The notes below the pieces were generated by a model. The model searched no databases. It was not told the origin of the DNA and worked only from the letters and a program-made list of their open reading frames with translations. Shown here piece after piece: positions 35,441-44,186 of a stretch of DNA of 44,186 nt. Origin of the DNA: an uncultured Muribaculaceae bacterium (GTDB taxonomy: Bacteria; Bacillota_I; Bacilli_A; RF39; UBA660); the NCBI GenBank assembly GCA_964536075.1, contig CAZHWO010000002.1, positions 1 through 44,186 of the forward strand, written 5' to 3'. The position numbers and the translations under genes were made by a program. Every line of letters begins with the position of its first letter. The stretch's first letter is position 1.

Positions 35441-35758
35441 TTATTGAAATATCTCTAGAAATTTCTCTTCTAATTTTTGAAAAGATAATCCCAAACAACT
35501 CTTTCTTACTATTATAATATAATCTTGATTATTTTGATAGACTTTTTTGTTTTTATCGATAATATTTCTTAATTGCCTTTTTAGTTTATTACGAGTAACA
35601 GCGTTACCTAGTTTTTTTCCAACCGAAATACCAAAACGATAGCGATTTAAGTCATTTTCCCTCGAATATATTATATAAAAATTATTTTTGCTGGGAAAAG
35701 CTGATTTTATAATCTCGTCAAAATCTTTACTTTCTTTAACAATATTTATTTTTTTCAT
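35441..35758 (-). CDS. rnpA: Ribonuclease P protein component
   Basis: FGISVGKKLGNAVTRNKLKRQLRNII is the RnpA RNR motif. Confidence 0.9.
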   Translation of the reverse strand: MKKINIVKESKDFDEIIKSAFPSKNNFYIIYSRENDLNRYRFGISVGKKLGNAVTRNKLKRQLRNIIDKNKKVYQNNQDYIIIVRKSCLGLSFQKLEEKFLEIFQ

Positions 35759-35778
35759 AAAATCACCTCTTTAAATGC

Positions 35779-35805
35779 AAAATTACCACAAAAAGTGGTA
35801 ATTTT
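35779..35805 (-). terminator. Hairpin between rpmH and rnpA (attenuating terminator or RNA-stability element)
   Basis: 11-bp stem AAAATTACCAC/GTGGTAATTTT with loop TTTTT on the minus strand, 2 nt after the rpmH stop. The only T-run is the 3' arm itself. Confidence 0.5.
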
Positions 35806-35806
35806 A

Positions 35807-35929
35807 TTACTTTGATAATTTTTTACGTCCTTTTGCTCTTCTTTTTTTTATAATATTACTTTTCATTCTAGCAAGAAAGCCTAATTTTTTGGATTTTTTA
35901 TGATTATTTGGTTGATATGTTCTTTTCAC
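35807..35929 (-). CDS. rpmH: 50S ribosomal protein L34 (short, 40 aa, GTG start)
   Basis: Below the track cutoff. GTG at 35929-35927 behind a GGAGGTG SD gives (M)[39 protein letters not shown], with the canonical L34 N-terminus MKRTYQP. Confidence 0.9.
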   Translation of the reverse strand: MKRTYQPNNHKKSKKLGFLARMKSNIIKKRRAKGRKKLSK

Positions 35930-36071
35930 TATTTTTCACCTCCACATTTAAATCTCTATAATTATAATAATAATTTCTTAATAAGTCAAGGAATATAAAG
36001 GTTTTTGTCAACAATTTTAACAACCTGTTAAAGATAAAAATTAACCTGTTAACAAGAAAAATTTAAAAATT

Positions 36072-36080
36072 TGTGCAAAA
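36072..36080 (-). promoter_or_regulatory. Relaxed DnaA box (TTTTGCACA on the minus strand, fits TTWTNCACA)
   Basis: Part of the 12-mer TTGTGCAAAACT (36071-36082), which repeats at 36125-36136 in the rpmH-dnaA intergenic region. Confidence 0.4.
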
Positions 36081-36125
36081 CTATTTATTTTTTTCTTTTT
36101 ACATATATAATAATTGTTTATAAGT

Positions 36126-36134
36126 TGTGCAAAA
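36126..36134 (-). promoter_or_regulatory. Relaxed DnaA box (TTTTGCACA on the minus strand)
   Basis: Second copy of TTGTGCAAAACT, 54 bp from the first and in the same orientation, about 100 nt upstream of the dnaA ATG. Confidence 0.4.
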
Positions 36135-36232
36135 CTTAGTGAAAAAACTGTGATTTTATTTTTCATCTTTATTTTTAATTTTAATTAGGCTACAATTAAA
36201 GTGTAAGTAAAATTCTTGTGGGGAGTGGTTTT

Positions 36233-37588
36233 ATGAATAATAAAATTTTATGGCATAATTTTTTAAATTCAATTAAAACAGATATTACCCCCATTATGTT
36301 TGATACTTGGTTTAAAGAGACCCAATTATATAAAATTGAAGAGGATAAAGCTATTATTATTGTACCTTTTGCTATTCACAAAAAACAATTATTAAATAAT
36401 TATAATGAATTAATTATTAATAAATTTGCGGAGCTTTCTAACAAATTTTATGAATTTGAATATATTTTAGAAAATGAAATAGTAACAGCTAGAGAAATTG
36501 AACAACTAGATAATAATATTAACAACAATACTGATTATAAAAAAACTAATTTAAACAAAAAATATACCTTTGAAAATTTTATGGTAGGGAAGAGTAATAA
36601 ACTAGCATATGAAGTGGCTTTAGCAGTTGCTGAAAATCCTGGAACAACTTATAATCCGTTATTTATTTATGGTAATAGTGGTTTAGGAAAAACACATTTA
36701 ATGCACGCTATTGGCAATTTTATTGTAGAACACTTTAATAAGAAAGTTTTATATGTAACCAGTGATACTTTTATTACTGACTTTAGTGGTATTAATAGAA
36801 AAGATGAAAACGGTCATAATTATGATTATGCTGAAACCTTTAAAAATAAATATCGGAACATTGATGTTCTTATTATTGATGATATTCAATTTTTAGGCGG
36901 GGCAACTAAGACACAACAAGAATTTTTTAATACTTTTCAAAATTTGCATCAAAATGAAAAACAAATTATAATTTCTTCTGATCGTTCCCAAAATGATTTA
37001 AAATTGTTAGAAGATCGATTAAAGACAAGATTTAGTTGGGGAATAACAGTAGATATTTTACCGCCGGAATATGAATTAAGAATTAAAATTTTTAAAAATA
37101 AATTAAAGGCTGAAAAGATTGAAACATTTGTGCCAGAAGAGGTTATTGAATATATTGCTGCTAATATTGGTGATGATGTTAGAGCGTTAGAAGGATCATT
37201 AAATCGTCTCTTAGCTTATACAGCTACTATGGGTTACAAAGAGATTAATTTAGAAGTAGCTGAAGAAGCATTAAAAGACTTTTTATATAAAACCAGTAAT
37301 GAAATTAATAGTATTCATAAAATTCAAAAGACAGTAGCAGAATATTTTAAAATTTCTATCGAAGATCTTAAATCAAAAAAAAGATCAGCAAATCTAACTT
37401 TTCCCCGGCAAATTGCGATGTATTTAAGTAGAAATTTAACAACAGAATCATTTCCGAGAATAGGAATAGAGTTTGGTAATCGAGATCATGCGACAGTCAT
37501 GCATTCTTGTGATAAAATAGAGAGAGAACTAAAAAAGAATAAAGAATTAGAAATTATGATTAATAAAATTAAAAAGGACTTAAATTAA
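36233..37588 (+). CDS. dnaA: Chromosomal replication initiator protein DnaA
   Basis: NPLFIYGNSGLGKTHLMHAIGN (Walker A), IDDIQFL, the sensor region, and the C-terminal DNA-binding helix RDHATVMHSCDKI. I place the start at ATG 36233 behind GGGGAGTGG. The track's GTG start at 36218 lies within the SD. Confidence 0.97.
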   Translation: MNNKILWHNFLNSIKTDITPIMFDTWFKETQLYKIEEDKAIIIVPFAIHKKQLLNNYNELIINKFAELSNKFYEFEYILENEIVTAREIEQLDNNINNNTDYKKTNLNKKYTFENFMVGKSNKLAYEVALAVAENPGTTYNPLFIYGNSGLGKTHLMHAIGNFIVEHFNKKVLYVTSDTFITDFSGINRKDENGHNYDYAETFKNKYRNIDVLIIDDIQFLGGATKTQQEFFNTFQNLHQNEKQIIISSDRSQNDLKLLEDRLKTRFSWGITVDILPPEYELRIKIFKNKLKAEKIETFVPEEVIEYIAANIGDDVRALEGSLNRLLAYTATMGYKEINLEVAEEALKDFLYKTSNEINSIHKIQKTVAEYFKISIEDLKSKKRSANLTFPRQIAMYLSRNLTTESFPRIGIEFGNRDHATVMHSCDKIERELKKNKELEIMINKIKKDLN

Positions 37589-37604
37589 CTTTAATATTCA
37601 TAAG

Positions 37605-37613
37605 TTATCCACA
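37605..37613 (+). promoter_or_regulatory. Perfect DnaA box TTATCCACA
   Basis: Exact 9-mer consensus, 17 nt after the dnaA stop in the dnaA-dnaN spacer. An extremely AT-rich stretch follows (candidate unwinding region around 37660-37700). Confidence 0.7.
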
Positions 37614-37716
37614 CACAAAAAAGGCAAAATTATATTAATATTAAGAATTTAAAAAGTTATAAACAGTTTGAACAGTATTAATATAATTAAATATAAAAAA
37701 GAAAGAAGGTTTTAAA

Positions 37717-38841
37717 ATGAATTTAAAAATTAAAAAAAGCATTTTATGGGATGGACTTAATAAAGTATCAAAAGCAATTTCTACTAAAAATTTAGTTCCT
37801 ATTTTGGGATGTATAAAATTTCAATTAAAAAAAGATAAATTAATTTTAATAGCAACAGATAATGATATTGTTATTCAAATAGATATCATTAAAGATAATG
37901 ATAATATGGATATTATTGAAGAAGGAACAGTTATTATTCATGGAAAATACATACTTGATATTGTCAAAAAATTAGAAGATGAATTTATAGAAATTAGAGT
38001 TTTAGAAGATTATAAAGTTTTAATTAAAACTGAAAATAGTGAATTTAATTTAAATGGTTTAAATAAAAATGAATATCCAAATCTTGCAATTGAAATAAAT
38101 AAAAATCCTATTTTAATAAATAATAAAATTTTTAAAGATATAATTAATCAAACTTATTTTGCAGCTTCTAATGATGAAGCACGACCCGTTTTAACCGGAA
38201 TTAATTTTAATATTATAGGTAATTTATTAGAATGTACCGCAACAGATTCTTATCGTCTAGCCAAAAAACAAATTAATTTAGATACTTCTTTAGAAAATGA
38301 TTATAATATTATTATTCCAAGTAAAAATTTAATCGAATTTAGTAAAATTTTAGATGAAAGTGATAACAATATAGAAATTCATATTTTTAATAATAAAATA
38401 ATCTTTAAATATAATAATTTAATTTTTCAGTCCAGATTAATTAATGGAACTTATCCAAATACAACTAATTTAATTCCAAAAGAATTTAATTTAAAAATTA
38501 AAATTAATACTAGTGAATTATATAATGTTATTGATCGAGCAAGTATTTTAACAAGTGATAAAGAAAAAAATATTATTTTCTTTGAAACAAAGAAAAACTT
38601 ATTATATATTCGATCTTCTTCTTTAGAAATAGGTCGAGTAGAAGAAAAAATGCATATTGAAAATGATAATGATAATGATATAAAGATCGCGTTTAGTGCT
38701 AAATATATGATGGAAGCTTTAAAAGCTTTCAATGATTTGTATATTGAGATTCTATTAGTTAGTGAAACCAAACCAATAATTATTAAAAATTTAGAAAACG
38801 ATAGTCTAATCCAATTAGTTTTACCAATAAGAACTTATTAA
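37717..38841 (+). CDS. dnaN: DNA polymerase III beta sliding clamp
   Basis: 374 aa in the conserved dnaA-dnaN position. NLVPILGCIKF..., ATDSYRLA and the C-terminal LVLPIRTY are typical of beta clamps. Confidence 0.95.
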   Translation: MNLKIKKSILWDGLNKVSKAISTKNLVPILGCIKFQLKKDKLILIATDNDIVIQIDIIKDNDNMDIIEEGTVIIHGKYILDIVKKLEDEFIEIRVLEDYKVLIKTENSEFNLNGLNKNEYPNLAIEINKNPILINNKIFKDIINQTYFAASNDEARPVLTGINFNIIGNLLECTATDSYRLAKKQINLDTSLENDYNIIIPSKNLIEFSKILDESDNNIEIHIFNNKIIFKYNNLIFQSRLINGTYPNTTNLIPKEFNLKIKINTSELYNVIDRASILTSDKEKNIIFFETKKNLLYIRSSSLEIGRVEEKMHIENDNDNDIKIAFSAKYMMEALKAFNDLYIEILLVSETKPIIIKNLENDSLIQLVLPIRTY

Positions 38842-38870
38842 ACAAGAAAATTTTCTTGTTTTTTTATTTT
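38841..38870 (+). terminator. Rho-independent terminator after dnaN
   Basis: AACAAGAA-AATT-TTCTTGTT followed by TTTTTATTTT. Confidence 0.8.
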
Positions 38871-38951
38871 TAATATGCGACATATTTCATCAAATTTCGA
38901 CAAATTAAAGTGATAATCTATTAATCAAATTTTAAAGAAAGGAGAAAAAAT

Positions 38952-39398
38952 ATGGATAATTATGAAATAAATAATGATACGCTAGCATTAATCCCAATTA
39001 ATGCTTCATCAACAAAGATTATTGAAAAAAATGATGATTATATTATTAGTAATAGTGTTTATAATATTATGGAAAATAGTTGTGAATATTTTGGTAGTTC
39101 CTATGATGGCCGAAAAATTGGTTCAAAAAAAATTCTTGGCTCAACTTATAAAACTCCAATAGTTGTTGAAGAAACAAAACAATTAATTTTTTTTCCAACT
39201 GAGTCACCGTTAAACGATGAATGTTGTTGGATTTCCCTAAATAATATTGAAAATTATTCAGCTGACGATAACCTAACTAAGATATTATTTTTTAATCAAC
39301 GAGAATTATTTGTACATATGCGTTATCAAAATTTTAATAATCAAGTGTTAAGAGCAACAAGATTATTAACAATTATGAAAAAAAGAACTAATATTTAA
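38952..39398 (+). CDS. comK: ComK-family competence transcription factor homologue (short, 148 aa)
   Basis: YEINNDTLALIP, TKIIEKND, SCEYFGSSYDGRKIGS, YKTPIVVEETKQLIFFPTES, CCWIS and NFNNQVLRATRLLT align block for block with my recollection of B. subtilis ComK (YEVNGATIAVLP...SCRFFGSSYAGRKAGT...KPPIMVDPSNQIFLFPTLS...CGWIS...SFENQVYRTAWLRT). AAAGGAG SD. Confidence 0.85.
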   Translation: MDNYEINNDTLALIPINASSTKIIEKNDDYIISNSVYNIMENSCEYFGSSYDGRKIGSKKILGSTYKTPIVVEETKQLIFFPTESPLNDECCWISLNNIENYSADDNLTKILFFNQRELFVHMRYQNFNNQVLRATRLLTIMKKRTNI

Positions 39399-39425
39399 TA
39401 ATTATTAGTTCTTTTCTTGTTTTTC
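39384..39425 (+). terminator. Rho-independent terminator after the comK-like gene
   Basis: 11-bp stem AAGAACTAATA/TATTAGTTCTT (39384-39394 pairs with 39404-39414) followed by TTCTTGTTTTT. The stop codon lies in the loop. Confidence 0.75.
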
Positions 39426-39426
39426 G

Positions 39427-39435
39427 TGATATAAT
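39427..39435 (+). promoter_or_regulatory. Extended -10 element TGaTATAAT upstream of the uORF-recF unit
   Basis: TGATATAAT at 39427-39435, about 27 nt upstream of the uORF ATG. No convincing -35. Confidence 0.45.
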
Positions 39436-39461
39436 TATATATATGTACAGGAGTAGGTAAA

Positions 39462-39506
39462 ATGATAAAAAAAGAAAAAATGGGCATTTATTTAGTTTAT
39501 AAATGA
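39462..39506 (+). CDS. 14-codon upstream ORF ([14 protein letters not shown]) whose stop overlaps the recF start
   Basis: A CAGGAGTAGG SD lies 5-6 nt before ATG 39462. Its TGA (39504-39506) overlaps the recF ATG (39503-39505) as ATGA. recF has no purine-rich SD of its own. Confidence 0.3.
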   Translation: MIKKEKMGIYLVYK

Positions 39507-40630
39507 ATATTGCTAAAGTTTCATTAATTAATTTTCGAAATTTTAAAAAAATTAATCTCAATTTTAGTAAAAATATAAATTTATTGGTAGGTAAAAATGC
39601 CCAAGGAAAAACTAGTATTCTCGAAAGTATTTATCTTTTAGCAGTTACTAAGACCTTTCGTGATAGTATTGATGAAAATTTAATTAATTTTAATAGTGAT
39701 AATTATAAAATCAGCGGAAGGATTAAAAAACATAATTCTGTTAGTGATTATACTATCCAGTATGATCGAGAAAAAAAGCGAGTTTTTGTAAACGATACAG
39801 AAGTTAAAAAAATATCAGACTATTTATCTAATATTAATAGTATTATTTTTTATCCGGAAGATATTGATTTTATTAAAGATAATCCTAATACTAGAAGAAA
39901 AATTATTAATATTGAAATAAGTCAACTGTACAATGAATATGTAATTGTTTGTAATAAATACAATAAAATTTTAAAAATTAGAAATGAATACTTAAAAAAG
40001 ATATATATAAATAATCTTTCTGATTTAACTTATTTTAATATATTAACTGATAAATTAATAACTTTAGCTATTTCTATATATATCTATCGTTATAATTTTA
40101 TCAACGAAATCAATAAAAACTTAAAAGAAATATATTTGAATATTTTTGGAGAGGGAATACTAACAATTCATTATCTTCCAAATATAAATATTGAAGATTT
40201 TTCAATTGAGAATCTTAGAAAACAGTTAAGGTCAGTTTATGATCAAAACTATTCAAAAGAATTAATGCAAGGAGCGACAATCTTTGGACCTCATAGGGAT
40301 GATTTTATTTTTTTATTAAATGATAAAGAAATGAAGTTATTTGCTTCTCAAGGGCAACAAAGAATTGCTATGATTGCTTTTAAATTATCAGAAATAAAAA
40401 TAATTCAAAAAATAAAAAAGGATAATCCAATTATTTTAATTGATGATATTTTTAATGAGTTAGATCGTAAGAAAAAAAATAAAATTTTAGAATTAATTTT
40501 TGGTGATTATCAGACTATTATTACCACCACTGAGTTAAAGGGAATTAATAAGAGTATTGTTAAATCAGCAAAGATATTTGAAGTAAGAGATGGAACAGTA
40601 AAGGAAAAAGGTGATTTAAATGAAAAATGA
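39503..40630 (+). CDS. recF: DNA replication and repair protein RecF
   Basis: INFRNF...[20 protein letters not shown] (Walker A), signature ASQGQQR, and Walker [12 protein letters not shown]. An in-frame TAA lies immediately upstream of the ATG. Confidence 0.93.
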   Translation: MNIAKVSLINFRNFKKINLNFSKNINLLVGKNAQGKTSILESIYLLAVTKTFRDSIDENLINFNSDNYKISGRIKKHNSVSDYTIQYDREKKRVFVNDTEVKKISDYLSNINSIIFYPEDIDFIKDNPNTRRKIINIEISQLYNEYVIVCNKYNKILKIRNEYLKKIYINNLSDLTYFNILTDKLITLAISIYIYRYNFINEINKNLKEIYLNIFGEGILTIHYLPNINIEDFSIENLRKQLRSVYDQNYSKELMQGATIFGPHRDDFIFLLNDKEMKLFASQGQQRIAMIAFKLSEIKIIQKIKKDNPIILIDDIFNELDRKKKNKILELIFGDYQTIITTTELKGINKSIVKSAKIFEVRDGTVKEKGDLNEK

Positions 40631-42533
40631 ATATGATTCTTCGTCAATTCAAGTGTTAGAAGGTTTAGAAGCTGTTCGTAAAAGACCGGGTATGTATATA
40701 GGAACTACCAGCGAAAGAGGCTTACATCATTTAGTATGGGAAATAGTAGATAATTCGATTGATGAGGCCTTAGCTGGTTATGCTGACATGATCGAAGTAA
40801 TTATTGAAAAAGAAAATTTAATAACAGTAACAGACAATGGAAGAGGTATTCCTATTGGGATTAATGCTAAAACCGGAAAATCAACGGTTGAAACCGTTTA
40901 TACTATTTTACATGCTGGTGGTAAATTTGGTGGTGGAGGATATAAGGTATCGGGTGGTTTACATGGTGTAGGAGCTAGTGTTGTTAATGCATTAAGTGAA
41001 AAATTAGAAGTTAAAGTATATAAAGATGGTAATATCTATTATCAAAAATTTATTAATGGAGGTAAACCAGCAAAACCTTTGGAAATCATTGATAAATGTG
41101 ATAAAAATCGGACAGGAACATCAGTTACTTTTAAACCTGATCCAGGAATATTTACCGAAACAACTATTTTTAACTATGATACTTTAAAAAATAGGATTCG
41201 TGAACTTGCTTTTTTAAATAGAGGATTAACAATTGTTTTAATTGACGAACGAGAAGAAAACAAAAAGGAATCATTTAGATACGATGGCGGAATTAGTGAA
41301 TATGTGGCTTTATTAAATAAGAATAAGAATCCTATCCACGAAACAATAATTGATGTTAATGGCGTTCAAGATGATATATCTTTAGAAGTGGCCTTACAAT
41401 ATAATGAAACATATAATGCTTGTATTTATTCGTTTGTTAATAATATAACAACTCCGGAAGGTGGAACTCATGAGGATGGAGTTAGAAGGGCACTTACTAG
41501 AATATTAAATAAATATGCTATAAACTATAATTTTTTAAAACAGAATGAAGAACCATTAAGCGGTGAAGATGTTCGTGAAGGCATCACAATGATTATTTCT
41601 ATAAAACATCCGAACCCTCAATTTGAAGGTCAAACTAAAACAAAGCTAGGTAATGCCGAAGTTAGAAGTATAGCTGATAAGATCTTTTCTGAAGCGTTTG
41701 AGAGATTTTTACTAGAAAACCCAGATCAGGCTAAAATTATTATGGAAAAAAATTTAACGGCTGCTAGAGCTAGAGTTGCTGCCAAAAAAGCTCGTGAATT
41801 AACAAGAAGAAAAGGTGGTTTGGAGTTGACTAACCAATGGGGTAAGTTAACAGATTGTTCCTCAAAAGATGCGTCTCTTTGTGAAATTTTTATTGTCGAA
41901 GGGGATTCAGCTGCTGGACCAGCAAAGCAGGGACGTAATTCAGAATTTCAAGCTGTTCTACCGATTAGAGGAAAAATTTTAAATGTGGAAAAAGCCAGAT
42001 TAGACAAAGTGCTTAGTAATGAAGAAATAAGAAGTTTAATAACGGCTTTTGGAACAGGTATTGGTGATGAATTTGATCTTAATAGATTAAGATATAATAA
42101 GATAATAATAATGACTGATGCTGATGTTGATGGAGCCCATATTAGAACTTTGCTATTAACTTTCTTTTATCGTTATTTTAAGCCTTTGGTAGAGAAGGGA
42201 CATATATATGCTGCCCAACCGCCTTTATATAAAATTTCTCATGGAAAGGTGAATAAATACGTTTTAAATGAAGTAGAACGAGATGAATATCTTGCCACTT
42301 TACCAACAGAAACTAAATATGAAATTACTCGGATGAAAGGTTTAGGTGAAATGGACGCTAAAGAATTGAGAGAAACAACAATGCATATTGATTCAAGAAT
42401 ATTAGTAAAAATTGATCTTGAAGATGCTATTTTAGCCGATGAAATTTTCCCATTATTAATGGGAGAAGAGGTTGAACCTCGTAGAAAGTTTATTGAAGAT
42501 AATGCATTAAATGTCAAAAATCTTGATGTATAG
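40620..42533 (+). CDS. gyrB: DNA gyrase subunit B
   Basis: [46 protein letters not shown]-type motif ([13 protein letters not shown]), and [12 protein letters not shown]-type motif ([12 protein letters not shown]). It overlaps recF by 11 nt. Confidence 0.98.
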   Translation: MKNEYDSSSIQVLEGLEAVRKRPGMYIGTTSERGLHHLVWEIVDNSIDEALAGYADMIEVIIEKENLITVTDNGRGIPIGINAKTGKSTVETVYTILHAGGKFGGGGYKVSGGLHGVGASVVNALSEKLEVKVYKDGNIYYQKFINGGKPAKPLEIIDKCDKNRTGTSVTFKPDPGIFTETTIFNYDTLKNRIRELAFLNRGLTIVLIDEREENKKESFRYDGGISEYVALLNKNKNPIHETIIDVNGVQDDISLEVALQYNETYNACIYSFVNNITTPEGGTHEDGVRRALTRILNKYAINYNFLKQNEEPLSGEDVREGITMIISIKHPNPQFEGQTKTKLGNAEVRSIADKIFSEAFERFLLENPDQAKIIMEKNLTAARARVAAKKARELTRRKGGLELTNQWGKLTDCSSKDASLCEIFIVEGDSAAGPAKQGRNSEFQAVLPIRGKILNVEKARLDKVLSNEEIRSLITAFGTGIGDEFDLNRLRYNKIIIMTDADVDGAHIRTLLLTFFYRYFKPLVEKGHIYAAQPPLYKISHGKVNKYVLNEVERDEYLATLPTETKYEITRMKGLGEMDAKELRETTMHIDSRILVKIDLEDAILADEIFPLLMGEEVEPRRKFIEDNALNVKNLDV

Positions 42534-42545
42534 GGGTGAATAATA

Positions 42546-44186
42546 ATGATAGATAAAATGATAAATGTAAATATTACTAATGAAATGAAAACATCTTTTC
42601 TTGACTACTCAATGAGTGTTATCGTTGCAAGAGCTATTCCTGATGTTCGCGATGGACTAAAACCTGTTCATCGAAGAGTTTTATACACTATGTTTGAAGA
42701 AGGAATGACTCCAGATAAAAAACACCAAAAAAGCGCAAATGCTGTTGGGGCTGTAATGGGCCATTATCATCCTCATGGTGATGTGGCAATATATGAAACA
42801 ATGGTGAGGATGGCTCAAGATTTTACTTATCGTCATACATTAGTTGACGGTCATGGTAATTTTGGATCTATTGATGGCGACTCAGCTGCAGCATCGCGTT
42901 ATACCGAGGCTAAATTATCAAAAATTTCTATGGAATTACTGAGAGATTTAAACAAAAATACAGTAGATTTTACTGAAAATTATGATGGTCAAAGAAAAGA
43001 GCCGATTGTTCTACCAAGTAGATTTCCGAATATTTTAGTCAATGGTAATATGGGAATAGCGGTTGGAATGGCAACAAATATTCCTCCGCATAATTTAGGA
43101 GAAGTAATTGATGGTTGTGTTGCTTATATAGACAATCCTGATATTAGTATTCTTGAATTAATGAATTATATAAAAGGCCCTGATTTTCCCACGTCTGGTA
43201 CTATTTTAGGAAATAGTGGTATAAAAAAGGCTTATGAAACTGGTAAAGGAAGTATTACGATTAGAGGTAAAGTTGAAATTGAAGAAAATAATGGAAAAAA
43301 CCGAATAATCATCACTGAAATTCCTTATCAAGTAAATAAGCAAATTTTGATAACTCGGATTGCTGAATTAGTTCGCGATAAGGTAATTGATGGTATTTCA
43401 AACTTAAATGACGAATCAGCCTTAGAAGGAATTCGAGTAGTAATTGATGTTAAGAAGGATGCTAATGCTAATGTAGTTTTAAATAATTTATATAAACATA
43501 CACAGTTACAAGTTTCCTATGGGATTAATTTCTTAATGCTTGTTGATGGCCGACCAAGGACTTTAGATTTGAAAACAATATTAGAAAAATATTTAGATCA
43601 TCAAAAACAAGTAATTTATCGCCGCTGTCAGTTTGATTTGCAAAAGTGTCAAAACAGACTTCATATATTAGAAGGGTTGAAGATAGCCCTTGATAATATT
43701 AATGAGGTTATAAAAATTATCAAAGCATCTAATAGTGATGAGGAAGCTCAAAATGGATTAATGGTTAGTTTTAATCTTACAGAGATCCAGGCTCAAGCTA
43801 TTCTTGAAATGAAGTTAAGACGCTTAACGGGGTTAGAAAAAGGTAAGATAGAAGATGAAATTGCTGAATTGCTAAAACAAATTAGTAATTTACAAGAAAT
43901 TTTAGCTAACGAACAAATGGTATTAGATATTATCAAAAAGGAATTAATAGAAATAAAAGATAAATATAGTGATGAACGAAAAACGGATATTGATATGACT
44001 TCTATTGAATATATTGAAGATGAATCACTAATTCCTGTCGAAAATATAATTTTAACTCTAACTAATAATGGATATATTAAAAGGGTTATAAGTGATACAT
44101 ATCGTGTGCAAAACCGTGGCGGAGTAGGAATAAAAGGTATTACGACAAATGAAGAGGATTTTGTTAAAAACCTTGTGTCATTGAGA
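42546..44186 (+). CDS. gyrA: DNA gyrase subunit A (5' part; continues past the window end)
   Basis: Absent from the track because there is no stop. ATG 42546 behind AGGGGTGA gives [47 protein letters not shown]...[19 protein letters not shown]...AASRYTE (catalytic Tyr region). The frame is open to base 44186. Confidence 0.97.
   Translation, partial: MIDKMINVNITNEMKTSFLDYSMSVIVARAIPDVRDGLKPVHRRVLYTMFEEGMTPDKKHQKSANAVGAVMGHYHPHGDVAIYETMVRMAQDFTYRHTLVDGHGNFGSIDGDSAAASRYTEAKLSKISMELLRDLNKNTVDFTENYDGQRKEPIVLPSRFPNILVNGNMGIAVGMATNIPPHNLGEVIDGCVAYIDNPDISILELMNYIKGPDFPTSGTILGNSGIKKAYETGKGSITIRGKVEIEENNGKNRIIITEIPYQVNKQILITRIAELVRDKVIDGISNLNDESALEGIRVVIDVKKDANANVVLNNLYKHTQLQVSYGINFLMLVDGRPRTLDLKTILEKYLDHQKQVIYRRCQFDLQKCQNRLHILEGLKIALDNINEVIKIIKASNSDEEAQNGLMVSFNLTEIQAQAILEMKLRRLTGLEKGKIEDEIAELLKQISNLQEILANEQMVLDIIKKELIEIKDKYSDERKTDIDMTSIEYIEDESLIPVENIILTLTNNGYIKRVISDTYRVQNRGGVGIKGITTNEEDFVKNLVSLR

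Noticed and set aside
37400-37413. NBS-like string TTTCCCCGGCAAAT inside dnaA.
   Set aside because: It has three mismatches to ATTTCCCGGGAAAT, is not palindromic and lies in coding sequence. It is most likely chance.
2333-42517. Twenty-four short ORFs in the track that lie antisense to, or out of frame within, well-supported genes: 2333-2620, 4578-4772, 5140-5337, 9714-9935, 10541-10723, 12171-12359, 15165-15398, 15955-16185, 18161-18400, 20063-20260, 20662-20871, 21759-22019, 23418-23600, 24747-24938, 25593-25814, 25760-26068, 26496-26690, 27128-27385, 30003-30194, 32200-32454, 32892-33224, 34315-34539, 38451-38771 and 42239-42517.
   Set aside because: Each is fully embedded in a conserved gene on the other strand or in another frame. 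Each has a low-complexity, hydrophobic or Ser/Ile/Leu-rich translation typical of shadow ORFs in AT-rich DNA. None has a convincing SD or any recognisable motif.
44105-44113. A third TGTGCAAAA (relaxed DnaA box) inside gyrA.
   Set aside because: It is an isolated 9-mer in coding sequence, 6.5 kb from the dnaA-dnaN origin spacer. An occurrence of a relaxed consensus like this is expected by chance.
1-44186. Possible Mollicute-type genetic code (TGA = Trp), considered because of the extreme AT-richness.
   Set aside because: All conserved proteins are full length under the standard code. TGA is used as a genuine stop, for example for spoIIID at 2876-2878, where the protein ends at the expected C-terminus. 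Sporulation genes, a class A PBP and murA indicate a walled Firmicute.

Overview
This is a very AT-rich (about 70% A+T by eye), densely packed chromosomal origin-of-replication region from a low-GC Firmicute, read with the standard genetic code. Gene order is strongly Bacillus-like. The left replichore (minus strand) runs rpmH-rnpA-yidC/spoIIIJ-jag-mnmE-mnmG-rsmG-noc-soj-spo0J-DUF951-AbgT-ychF-rpsF-ssb-rpsR-rplI-dnaB-M23 peptidase-yycJ-rlmH, and continues to rpoE-prfA-prmC-spoIIR-mntP, fba-murA, rpmE-rpiB and spoIIQ-like-spoIIID-mbl-tagO. The right side (plus strand) runs dnaA-dnaN-comK-like-recF-gyrB-gyrA. Sporulation genes (spoIIID, spoIIR, gerQ, a SpoIIQ-like degenerate LytM protein, spoIIIJ/jag) occur together with rpoE (RNA polymerase delta) and noc. 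That combination suggests a spore-forming Bacilli- or Erysipelotrichia-type lineage. I see no rRNA or tRNA genes, CRISPR array, transposase or integrase, prophage, or defence-island-like gene cluster. I also cannot point to a convincing new multi-gene system; nearly every ORF is a recognisable housekeeping gene. The points most worth a second look are: (1) two perfect Noc-binding-site palindromes (TATTTCCCGGGAAATA, extended to 26 and 32 bp) bracketing mnmE, one overlapping a promoter; (2) a ComK-family gene in the slot normally held by yaaA between dnaN and recF, followed by a 14-codon uORF whose stop overlaps the SD-less recF start; (3) a 534-aa orphan single-TM protein with a (PEPEPT)n linker encoded by a GC-rich tandem repeat; (4) a hairpin that buries the spoIIR Shine-Dalgarno; (5) an oriC with one perfect DnaA box and unexplained short repeats; (6) no canonical parS found by eye despite soj-spo0J. 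All calls come from reading translations and motifs by eye. Family assignments rest on recalled conserved motifs and B. subtilis synteny, not on database searches.
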